A stretch of 64,000 bases of DNA, taken from the IMG/VR virus record IMGVR_UViG_3300025161_000004, positions 62,001 to 126,000 of that record, one strand, 5' to 3'. Numbering within the stretch: position 1 is the stretch's first letter; each line of letters opens with the position of its first letter. A program made the position numbers and the translations under genes. The notes under the pieces are model-generated. The model saw only the letters and a program-made list of their open reading frames with translations. It did no database searches and was not told the DNA's origin. Of the stretch, positions 40,869 to 48,734 are shown in pieces.

Positions 40869-40941
40869 TAGCGAGAGCAGGATTCGAACCTGCGATCTTG
40901 TGGTTATGAGCCACACTAGTTAACCGCTTCTCTATCTCGCA
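40869..40941 (-). tRNA. tRNA-Met (CAT), initiator-like, no encoded CCA
   Basis: Cloverleaf: acceptor TGCGAGA/TCTCGCT with 1:72 mismatch, anticodon arm TGTGG-CTCATAA-CCACA, T arm GCAGG-TTCGAAT-CCTGC; 3' end ACTA; weak D stem. Confidence 0.85.
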
Positions 40942-40945
40942 ATAT

Positions 40946-41072
40946 GATTTAGGGAAAAATTTGTCAGTTATTTTTTTTGACAGATAAACACTAACACTAC
41001 TTATTAGTAAATTATCACTCTATAATAATTTAATTAAATTACTGTAATAACTTCAAGTTTTCCCATTAAATC
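40946..41072 (-). ncRNA. Structured small RNA unit B (Y-RNA-like, about 113-127 nt)
   Basis: Ends pair (GATTTA/TAAATC, GGGAAAA/TTTTCCC); upper helix AGTTATT/AATAACT; contains GGAAAACT-N11-CAGTAA. Confidence 0.6.
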
Positions 41073-41104
41073 TTTAAATAACAACCATCTGCTGTTATTT
41101 TATG

Positions 41105-41240
41105 TGGGGGAGGCAGGATTCGAACCTGCTATACTTACTATTGGATTAGTAATATGACCCAATTACTGTAAATATAATCAGTTCTCCAAAAAAGGAGTAG
41201 TTTAAATTATATTTGAAAGTATTCGTTTTACTACTCCCCC
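41105..41240 (-). ncRNA. 136-nt tRNA-like RNA (unit C) whose anticodon arm is replaced by the permuted repeat motif
   Basis: Acceptor GGGGGAG/CTCCCCC-A; D-like arm AGTA/TACT; perfect T arm GCAGG-TTCGAAT-CCTGC; central arm AAATATAAT..CTCC-T6-GGAG-AACTG-ATTATATTT then ACAGTAA; extra hairpin TTACTA/TAGTAA. Confidence 0.75.
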
Positions 41241-41250
41241 ATTTGTTTCA

Positions 41251-41281
41251 CAAAAATAAACTGTAAAATTTATCTTGTCAA
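41251..41281 (-). promoter_or_regulatory. Bacteroidota-type promoter of the ncRNA cluster
   Basis: TTG at 41281-41279, 20-nt spacer, -7 TATTTTTG at 41258-41251, about 10 nt upstream of the tRNA-like 5' end. Confidence 0.65.
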
Positions 41282-41366
41282 GTATTCCAATAAAAAATTT
41301 TACATTTTTTATTCGTATTATATAAATAGTCTTTTTAATAAAAAAAACAGTTTTTTATGTCAAATT

Positions 41367-42953
41367 TTAATCAGAATTTAGTTTTTTTATACTTTCATCC
41401 CTTAATTTCTGTAATTTTTCTTGGAATTTATCATCTAGACTATCAAGATTTATTTCATCTTGTAATTCAAGGGCTTTGGTGACATTTTTTAATACATCAT
41501 CTTTATCCTCATTATCTACCTTATTATTTTTACTATCAAGTTTCTTCATTTTCTCATTAAGATACTCTGGTTCATTCTTCTTAAATTCATCAGCACTACT
41601 CTTTGTTTTAAGCATATTACCAGTACCTTCGATTTCAAGTGTGTTATTATTAAAAATGCAATCTTTAAATATATAACCATCTTTAGCAAAACGTGCTTTC
41701 AATATCTGAAGGTTTGCTAAATTGTGGAATTTCTGTTCTTGTGTTCTGGCTATGGACATTAAGAAATGTGATTTTTGTGCTCTTTTAATATTTCCACTCA
41801 TATGATTTATATAAACTAACTCACTTTCAATACCAGAGCGATTAGTTTGAATTGCTGTCCAGCATGGAACATTAAACTCTGCTGCCATTGATTCGAATGC
41901 TTTGATAACCGCTAATTCATCTGCATTAGTATCACCACCCCTTTTATGTGAATCAACACAATCAATATAATCAAGAATTATAATATCGAACTTATAGCCA
42001 TATTTTTTTTGAAATCTAATTATATAATCCTTAATCATTGGTAAGGTAGTATTTTCTTGGGAGAATCTTTTTATAATTAGTTTATTATTGTATTCTTTTT
42101 GAATCTCCTCATGTTTTTTATTTACTGCTTTAGCTACTTCTTCAGTCCTATCATCAATCTCAGATAATGGAATTTTAGACCATATAGCATAATGCTTTCT
42201 TCTGATTTGGTCTGGCGTATCTTCAAATATGATCTGAAGAACATTTTTACCACTATCAAATGCATGATTTGCGAATTTAGTTAAAATTGTTGTTTTACCT
42301 GCACCAGTTGGTGCTAAGATAACACCTATCTCGCCACGACCAAGACCTCCGCCTGTAGCTTCATCGAGTATAACTATTCCAGTTGGAATAGGTTCTCTAA
42401 ATTCCTTACGTAATGATGATTCAATATCAGTAAACACTTCAATTGCATCATCATCTTCAACACCTATATCAGAAATTTTTCTGATTCTTTCTTCTATTTC
42501 ATAAACATTCTTATCAAGTTTATTCCGTACCAACTTTTCAATAATTTCATTGGCAAGTTTCTTGTATTCCTGTTGCTTAATAAAATGCCATGTTTGTTTT
42601 TGAACAGTATCGCCATCAAACATTAAAACTCCATTAATACATGCTTCTTGCCAGTATATTATTGGCTTTAATACACCAGTTAATTGTTCATAGTCAATTT
42701 CATTATCTAATTGAAATTCTTTTATTGCATGATTAATACTTTTATTTTGAAGATTAGGTACTTTCTTGTATTTGTCATAATATTCTTTAATAACAATAAA
42801 AAATCTTTTGTAATTATGATCATCAAAATAACCAACTTCAAGATATGGTAATATTTTTTCGCAAAAACTACTTTCAGTGACTAACTGCCATAGTAGTTTG
42901 AGTTGAAAATCCGTACCTAAATATGTTGCAATACTATCTTTGTTTTCAGACAT
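41367..42953 (-). CDS. DnaB-like replicative helicase (T4 gp41-like)
   Basis: 'IPTG...LD..TGGGL.RGE...ILAPTGAGKT', 'ILDYID', 'WTAIQTNR', 'LKARF'. Confidence 0.9.
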   Translation of the reverse strand: MSENKDSIATYLGTDFQLKLLWQLVTESSFCEKILPYLEVGYFDDHNYKRFFIVIKEYYDKYKKVPNLQNKSINHAIKEFQLDNEIDYEQLTGVLKPIIYWQEACINGVLMFDGDTVQKQTWHFIKQQEYKKLANEIIEKLVRNKLDKNVYEIEERIRKISDIGVEDDDAIEVFTDIESSLRKEFREPIPTGIVILDEATGGGLGRGEIGVILAPTGAGKTTILTKFANHAFDSGKNVLQIIFEDTPDQIRRKHYAIWSKIPLSEIDDRTEEVAKAVNKKHEEIQKEYNNKLIIKRFSQENTTLPMIKDYIIRFQKKYGYKFDIIILDYIDCVDSHKRGGDTNADELAVIKAFESMAAEFNVPCWTAIQTNRSGIESELVYINHMSGNIKRAQKSHFLMSIARTQEQKFHNLANLQILKARFAKDGYIFKDCIFNNNTLEIEGTGNMLKTKSSADEFKKNEPEYLNEKMKKLDSKNNKVDNEDKDDVLKNVTKALELQDEINLDSLDDKFQEKLQKLRDESIKKLNSD

Positions 42954-42967
42954 GCAATACTAAATTT

Positions 42968-43660
42968 TTAATTACCTAAAGATATCTCTTCTTCTTGCTG
43001 ATCAGTAAAATATTTTTTACGAATTTGAATCCTCATACTCTTAACAAATTCTTCATCATTAATATTTTTTAAATAAATCTCTCTCTGCTCACGACCTAAT
43101 TCTCTAACATTATTAATATGTGGAAATCCATAACAATTAATAATATCAAAATCATCCCAGATATTATTAATGTCACTAGTTTTAATATTTTGCTTAATGT
43201 CTTCAACAATTTCATTAACTGTAGATACAATATCGTTACTAAATCTTACTGACGGATTATAATTGTCCACATAAAATAATCTTTCAACAATTAGATTATT
43301 GTTTATGTATAGACAAAATTTACACTCAACACCCTTAATTGTTCTACCATTAATAGTTCGTGTCGTCGACTGTGGTTTTGTCAATTTATTAATTTCTACG
43401 TTATAAAATGATGTCAAATCTTCATAATACTTTAATAAATCATATTCTTTATCAGCGTATGTAACTTTATACTCAGGATTTTTTTTTGATAAAAGTTTTT
43501 GAAGTCTTTGTATTATAGAAGGTATTAATTCACGAATATTAACTGAATATCTCGACATTTGACTATATACATCCGCAGGAAATATTCTTTCAACAAGAAC
43601 ATTTGATTCTTGATAAAGTGAAAACTTAAAAAAGTTTTCATGATTTTTTTGTTCTAACAT
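42968..43660 (-). CDS. Hypothetical protein (230 aa) with internal duplication
   Basis: 'KF.LY...N..VER.F..D.Y....R(Y/F)S' occurs twice; TAnnTTTG promoter upstream. Confidence 0.75.
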   Translation of the reverse strand: MLEQKNHENFFKFSLYQESNVLVERIFPADVYSQMSRYSVNIRELIPSIIQRLQKLLSKKNPEYKVTYADKEYDLLKYYEDLTSFYNVEINKLTKPQSTTRTINGRTIKGVECKFCLYINNNLIVERLFYVDNYNPSVRFSNDIVSTVNEIVEDIKQNIKTSDINNIWDDFDIINCYGFPHINNVRELGREQREIYLKNINDEEFVKSMRIQIRKKYFTDQQEEEISLGN

Positions 43661-43684
43661 AATTAAATAATTTTTAGTTTTTTA

Positions 43685-43714
43685 CAAAAATAAACTATAT
43701 AAAAAAAAAGTCAA
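43685..43714 (-). promoter_or_regulatory. Bacteroidota-type promoter
   Basis: TTG at 43714-43712, 19-nt spacer, TATTTTTG at 43692-43685. Confidence 0.6.
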
Positions 43715-43728
43715 TAGAAAAATCTAAA

Positions 43729-44778
43729 TTATCCTTCGAGATATTTCTTTAATAATTCTTTCTCTTTCATGATTACAGGATAAAATGGTTCAACATAACT
43801 AACAAACGTACTACCCCATGAATTTAAAAATTCATCCTCCATCATCATTTTATATAAATTTTCACTACCTCTTTTATTACCATGACCATCATCTTCAGCC
43901 AAAGGCATATTTAATTGTTCTAATTCGTCTAGTGCTCGTTCATTTAATAATGGCTCTTTTAAATTCATTAACTTATGATTTATAATCAATCTATCTACAC
44001 CATTAATTAAATTTTCAAGTACTTTAAGTGGTTTTTTTTTATCAGATTTTCTTTCCTCAAGAATTTGCTTCGCTTTAATACATATTTCCCTAACAGTCAT
44101 TTTTTTTAATTTTAAATCAGGGAAATATTTTAATAATGTAGTTTCTTTTAAACCCTCAATCCCCTTAATATTATCTGAAACATCGCCACAAATTATTTTT
44201 ATGGTTAATACATTTGAATAATGATATGGAAAATTAAAAAAGAAATTTTTCTTATTTATTGGTTCTGATTTATTTTCAAACAAAATTGTCACGCCAAGAT
44301 CAATTAATTGTGCAAAGTCTCTATCGTTTGTGAAAATATATATATCTTCTTTCTCATAATTTCGAAGACAATAGGCAGCAATTAAATCATCAGCTTCTAT
44401 TTCTGGAACTTCTATTTGTCTCAAATATAGTTCTTCGGCATATGCTTGTATTCGCTTTCTTTGTTTAAGAATCGATTCTTCTTTTTCACTTTCTATTCTA
44501 ATTTGTTCATCTGTCATTTCAATTTTTTTATGCCATGCTTTATCTTTTCGATTAGACTTATATGCAGGATCAATAATATGTCTTTTTATTCCACCATTTT
44601 CACCATCCCACATAAGAATAACCTTATTGAAAGCATGCTCTTTAATAAGTTTACGAACAGTGGTGAGAAAAGAATACAATCCGCCGATGTGTTCTTTTCG
44701 ATTGTATTCTTTCGCACCATGAAATGATCTTTTTAGTAGATATGAAGAATCAACTAATAAAGTTTTTATCAATTTCAT
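43729..44778 (-). CDS. 5'-3' exonuclease / flap endonuclease (T4 RNase H, PolA N-terminal-like)
   Basis: 'LLVDSS', 'WDG', 'YKSNR', 'EADDLIA', 'TNDRDFAQL', 'GDVSDNIKGI.G'. Confidence 0.9.
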   Translation of the reverse strand: MKLIKTLLVDSSYLLKRSFHGAKEYNRKEHIGGLYSFLTTVRKLIKEHAFNKVILMWDGENGGIKRHIIDPAYKSNRKDKAWHKKIEMTDEQIRIESEKEESILKQRKRIQAYAEELYLRQIEVPEIEADDLIAAYCLRNYEKEDIYIFTNDRDFAQLIDLGVTILFENKSEPINKKNFFFNFPYHYSNVLTIKIICGDVSDNIKGIEGLKETTLLKYFPDLKLKKMTVREICIKAKQILEERKSDKKKPLKVLENLINGVDRLIINHKLMNLKEPLLNERALDELEQLNMPLAEDDGHGNKRGSENLYKMMMEDEFLNSWGSTFVSYVEPFYPVIMKEKELLKKYLEG

Positions 44779-44793
44779 TAAACCACATTAATA

Positions 44794-45906
44794 TTACATA
44801 TCGTTCATCATTGCGTTGAACTCTTCAACATTCATATCTTCATTGTCTACATTGTATTTAGTAACTATCTCTTCTGGTTTAACATCAATACCTAAAGAAT
44901 CTCTAAAGTATTTAATATGTTCTTTCTTATAATTTTCTTTATCCTCTGAACTAACACCAATAAATCCATGTGGAGTAGATATTAATTTACCCTCGAATGC
45001 AATACCACCTAAGTCACCATCAATCTGATTTTTAACAATTGAAATTTTAGTTTCAATACCATAAAAAATTTCTCTGTTCTTGGATGTTGCAATAATCTTT
45101 TTAGTACCGTGAGTTAATACTCCACCATGATGATAGATTAGTCTTGCTCCGTATGCAAGTGCCTCACCACCCTTATGTCTTACTACTGGTTGACCACCAC
45201 TCATACTGTCTAACCATATTTTTTGTACTGCTATAAGCGTATTAGTATATGGTTTGTTTGATTTACGTGAAGATGGTATTCTATTATTAATTAGTGATTT
45301 AAATGCTCTTTCAAATGCGTTCGCATTCCACATGTTATTATCTGTCCCACCATTCTCTTTCGCATTAACTGTTTTAACACAATCTAATGTACCAATAGAA
45401 TCAATTACAAACAACAAATCGTATGGTAAGTCACCATTATCTTGAAGATCAATAAAATGATGTATACATTCTGACATATCTTCAATAGTAGCTTCACGTG
45501 CCTTACTATCTCTTTTCTTACCAAAATTTTCCAAGAGATAATCATTATCTATTTCAATAAAAAAATCATTATTCCAATCAAAACCCATCATTTCTAATCT
45601 CTTTCTACCCATATTATTTTCGGTATCAATTAATATAGGTAAAATACCCATTTTCTGAGCACTAACTGCAGCTTCACATACAGATGTCGACTTACCTGTA
45701 TTAGTAAACCCCCTTGAAAGAGAAACATATCCTTTTGGAAACCCAGGTAAACCAGTTGCCTCTTGAAATGCTTTGGAACATCTAATCCACTCTAATGGTT
45801 TTTCTGGAATATCTTCACTATTTATTTTCTTTTTAAAATCTGAAAGAGAAAACGTTTTCTTTAATGTTGGTTTTCTCGAATTAGTATTTTTTGGTGTTTC
45901 TATCAT
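44794..45906 (-). CDS. uvsX: RecA/UvsX-like recombinase
   Basis: Walker A 'GFTNTGKS', 'IDTEN', Walker B 'VIDSIG', 'KGGEAL', 'VKNQ'. Confidence 0.85.
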   Translation of the reverse strand: MIETPKNTNSRKPTLKKTFSLSDFKKKINSEDIPEKPLEWIRCSKAFQEATGLPGFPKGYVSLSRGFTNTGKSTSVCEAAVSAQKMGILPILIDTENNMGRKRLEMMGFDWNNDFFIEIDNDYLLENFGKKRDSKAREATIEDMSECIHHFIDLQDNGDLPYDLLFVIDSIGTLDCVKTVNAKENGGTDNNMWNANAFERAFKSLINNRIPSSRKSNKPYTNTLIAVQKIWLDSMSGGQPVVRHKGGEALAYGARLIYHHGGVLTHGTKKIIATSKNREIFYGIETKISIVKNQIDGDLGGIAFEGKLISTPHGFIGVSSEDKENYKKEHIKYFRDSLGIDVKPEEIVTKYNVDNEDMNVEEFNAMMNDM

Positions 45907-45935
45907 TTACCTTAATCTATTTATTTGTTGTTATT

Positions 45936-45973
45936 AAAAAAATAGGATTGAGAGATAGCTATCTCTCAATCCA
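45936..45973 (-). terminator. Intrinsic terminator after SSB
   Basis: GGATTGAGAGATAGCTATCTCTCAATCC perfect palindrome followed by TATTTTTT. Confidence 0.75.
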
Positions 45974-45987
45974 TTGAACTTTAATAA

Positions 45988-47115
45988 TTAAAATGGTAAA
46001 TCATCTAAATCATCTATTGTTGTTGGAGCTTTTCCAGTAATCACATCCATTGCGTCATCCTTAAATGTACCAACATCACCTGCACTAATTTGCTCAATAC
46101 TACGATATGTTTGAGTACTATATGATTCATCTTCGTATACTTCTCCACTCTGGAAATTTTCATCCCTTGTATTAGCTGCGGCTTCAAGTTCTGGGTGGTT
46201 AGGGAAAACCCATCTCTTATTCTGTGGATCACTATCATCCCAATAAGGTGCATTACCTTCTGCAGCTAATTCCAGATATTGGAGAGTTGTAATTTTAGGT
46301 GCTGACTTGGGTTTGAACACATCTCTCCAAGTAGTCTTATCATTCAACCACGCAGATGCTGTTACTGGGTCTTCGCATAACACTGATGCTGGACGAGCCA
46401 TTACTGATGATACATCTCTATATTTTTGTCCAGTTGGAGTATGATTGTCGACTACATTAATGACTATATCAATTCCTTTCTGAGGATCAGTGAAATTTTG
46501 TCCTGTTTGTTCAACATAGTCTGATAATACTGGGATTAGCTTATCATAAACACCCTGTCTTTTTTTGTTGGCTTTAAATCTCCAAAATTTAACACCATCT
46601 TTAGTAGCACCTCTATCAATACCTCTTACAATATAATATTTATCTGCAGACCACTTCATTGCTTCTTTGTAAAGTGCATCATTTTTTTCTTTAATTTTTA
46701 ATTCTGCAGAAGTTAACTCCTCTTTCTTTTTCTTAAGAATTGATTTATCTTGTTGATTCAAATAGAAATCAGCTTTTTCACAAAGAGGACATCTTGGTCT
46801 AACCATAACAGTTCTACCTTGTGAATCTTTCACTACATTACCAGCATCATCCCTTTTTGGTTCGGGTTGATCATTGTGACGTGGACAATACGCTTTAATA
46901 TATTTTCCATTTACCTTTAATGTGTGAAAATATGCTGTTTCAATGTACTCATCACCAATAGGTGGTAGAATTCTAAAGACTTCTTTATCTTTTCTTGGTA
47001 TGAAATACTTAGCAAGTATTTCTTCTTTATTCGGCTTTGATTTACCTTGATTTTTGTGATCCTCAAACATTTTAGTTAGTCTCGGATCAAGCATCGCTGA
47101 TTTTGTTACTTCCAT
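45988..47115 (-). CDS. Single-stranded DNA-binding protein, T4 gp32-like
   Basis: 'FRILPP', putative Zn ligands 'FH..YCPRH...CPLC', 'FTDP.KG.D', acidic C-terminus 'DDLDDLPF'; sits next to UvsX and RNase H. Confidence 0.8.
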   Translation of the reverse strand: MEVTKSAMLDPRLTKMFEDHKNQGKSKPNKEEILAKYFIPRKDKEVFRILPPIGDEYIETAYFHTLKVNGKYIKAYCPRHNDQPEPKRDDAGNVVKDSQGRTVMVRPRCPLCEKADFYLNQQDKSILKKKKEELTSAELKIKEKNDALYKEAMKWSADKYYIVRGIDRGATKDGVKFWRFKANKKRQGVYDKLIPVLSDYVEQTGQNFTDPQKGIDIVINVVDNHTPTGQKYRDVSSVMARPASVLCEDPVTASAWLNDKTTWRDVFKPKSAPKITTLQYLELAAEGNAPYWDDSDPQNKRWVFPNHPELEAAANTRDENFQSGEVYEDESYSTQTYRSIEQISAGDVGTFKDDAMDVITGKAPTTIDDLDDLPF

Positions 47116-47127
47116 ACACAGTTTAGT

Positions 47128-47197
47128 TTAAATTTACACAATTATTATTAATTAAAAAAATACAAAATAAAATACCCTCACAGTTAAATTTACACAA
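47128..47197. repeat. 14-bp direct repeat in the SSB leader
   Basis: TTAAATTTACACAA at 47128-47141 and 47184-47197. Confidence 0.7.
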
Positions 47198-47242
47198 CAC
47201 ACTATAATATATCCTTATCGCACATTTCTTTTAATAAATACA

Positions 47243-48655
47243 TTACTTATTAAAAAGACCATTATTTACAATGGTAAACCTTAAAGGAGATTTCACTGAA
47301 TATTCCGCACCATTATTCACTCTCAATTCGAGATAATAATCTTGTGGAATCAACCATGAAGTATCAATATCAAACTCATATCCTTTTAAAGTTCTATCCA
47401 CTTTAGTAAATGGTATAATGTCAATCTGGTATTTATCACTTTGTGTCGTATATATTCTATACTCAAGTTCTAATGGGAAAAAATCATTTTGTGAGTAAAG
47501 TTTTTTTATATTTATTCTAACTTTTCTCTTTTCACCGCTTTTAAGCAATTCATTTGATTTTATTCCCGAATAACTAAAGTAAAAATCGTCAAAATTTAGT
47601 CTGTTGTCAAGTGAGAATCCAAAATAATTTTCTGGCTTGATTAAATAAAATTCTTGCTCAATAGTCTTTGCCTTACCATTTTGATTTATAAGCCATTTAT
47701 CTGTAAACAATACAGAATCGACGTATGTGTCTGAATCTAAAGCAAATGATATTTTATATATACCCTTTTTTACCTTAGTTATACCAGATTCTGGTATTGA
47801 CAGAATTTCGTTATTATGATGGTCATAAATTGTCACTGCTGATACTATAACATCTTCATATTTACCACCTACAGTTGAATATAAATATAATTCATTCTGC
47901 TTATCTAAAAAAAAATAATTTCTATCATCCTGAATAGTATCATTCAATATTGTTTCTACAAATGGTTCATAAAATGTGTTTGTATATTTAGTATGAAATG
48001 CAACTGCTTGTCTATTTATTGTTTCTAAATTTTCTAATTCATCAATAAATTTAATACCTAACCCAAAAGTAGTTCCTGTGAAACCAGTACCAATATTTAA
48101 TAAGTGATTTACATAATCGGTAATATCTATTTCAATATTCTCATCGCCTTTTATAAAAACTTGTGAACCAATTATAGTTGATCCAGTACTTCCTGTAGAA
48201 TATGCACCTTCAGTACTCCATGTTTGATTTGTTTTTCTATAATACCAATTTACAGGATGCCTAGATAATAATCGATTCGTAATGTACACGTTATCGTCAT
48301 ATACAAAATCATATCCACTACCTTCATCCCAATCTTCATCGATATTAAATAATTCAAGAACAAATGAACTTGCCCTATCAGTGTTTCCATCATATGATTT
48401 CCTACCTAATAAATCAGGTCTGTAAGCAATTGTGTTTGTCAATTTAAGAACATGTTTACTGATAGAATTTACTGATATCTCACCAGAATCAATACGATTT
48501 TTTAAATCAGTGATATCGATTGAGAATATAAATCGACTCACCTGTTTATTTAATGTACCATATGATATTTCTGTAACGGGATTTTGAGAATTGTTTATTT
48601 CACTGTATTTAATCAGTGAAGCATTCTTTGCAAAATATGACCTAAAACGACTCAT
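47243..48655 (-). CDS. Hypothetical protein (470 aa), probable virion structural
   Basis: Beta-rich; 'WDEG.G.D' and 'W...G' motifs; GTATTTATA motif upstream. Confidence 0.65.
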   Translation of the reverse strand: MSRFRSYFAKNASLIKYSEINNSQNPVTEISYGTLNKQVSRFIFSIDITDLKNRIDSGEISVNSISKHVLKLTNTIAYRPDLLGRKSYDGNTDRASSFVLELFNIDEDWDEGSGYDFVYDDNVYITNRLLSRHPVNWYYRKTNQTWSTEGAYSTGSTGSTIIGSQVFIKGDENIEIDITDYVNHLLNIGTGFTGTTFGLGIKFIDELENLETINRQAVAFHTKYTNTFYEPFVETILNDTIQDDRNYFFLDKQNELYLYSTVGGKYEDVIVSAVTIYDHHNNEILSIPESGITKVKKGIYKISFALDSDTYVDSVLFTDKWLINQNGKAKTIEQEFYLIKPENYFGFSLDNRLNFDDFYFSYSGIKSNELLKSGEKRKVRINIKKLYSQNDFFPLELEYRIYTTQSDKYQIDIIPFTKVDRTLKGYEFDIDTSWLIPQDYYLELRVNNGAEYSVKSPLRFTIVNNGLFNK

Positions 48656-48690
48656 CGTAATTTTTCTATAAATACTTACCCCATAAAAAC

Positions 48691-48714
48691 AAAAAGGGTC
48701 GAATTCGACCCTTT
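48691..48714 (-). terminator. Intrinsic terminator
   Basis: AAAGGGTCGAATTCGACCCTTTTT. Confidence 0.75.
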
Positions 48715-48734
48715 AATGCTATAAGGATTTCGGG

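Noticed and set aside
40877-41129. 17-bp identical repeat as an attachment site of an integrated element
   Set aside because: Both copies are T arms within complete acceptor-stem contexts only 236 bp apart, and there is no integrase in the window.
40661-41240. CRISPR array interpretation of the repeated motif
   Set aside because: The copies are not identical direct repeats, spacing is irregular (316 and 124 nt), tRNA elements are interleaved, and no cas genes are present.
41105-41240. tmRNA, tRNA-Sec or intron-containing tRNA
   Set aside because: It is too short for tmRNA and has no G3:U70 pair or tag ORF. It has no UCA anticodon. The insert is too small for a group I intron and I could not restore a 7-nt anticodon loop by removing a segment.
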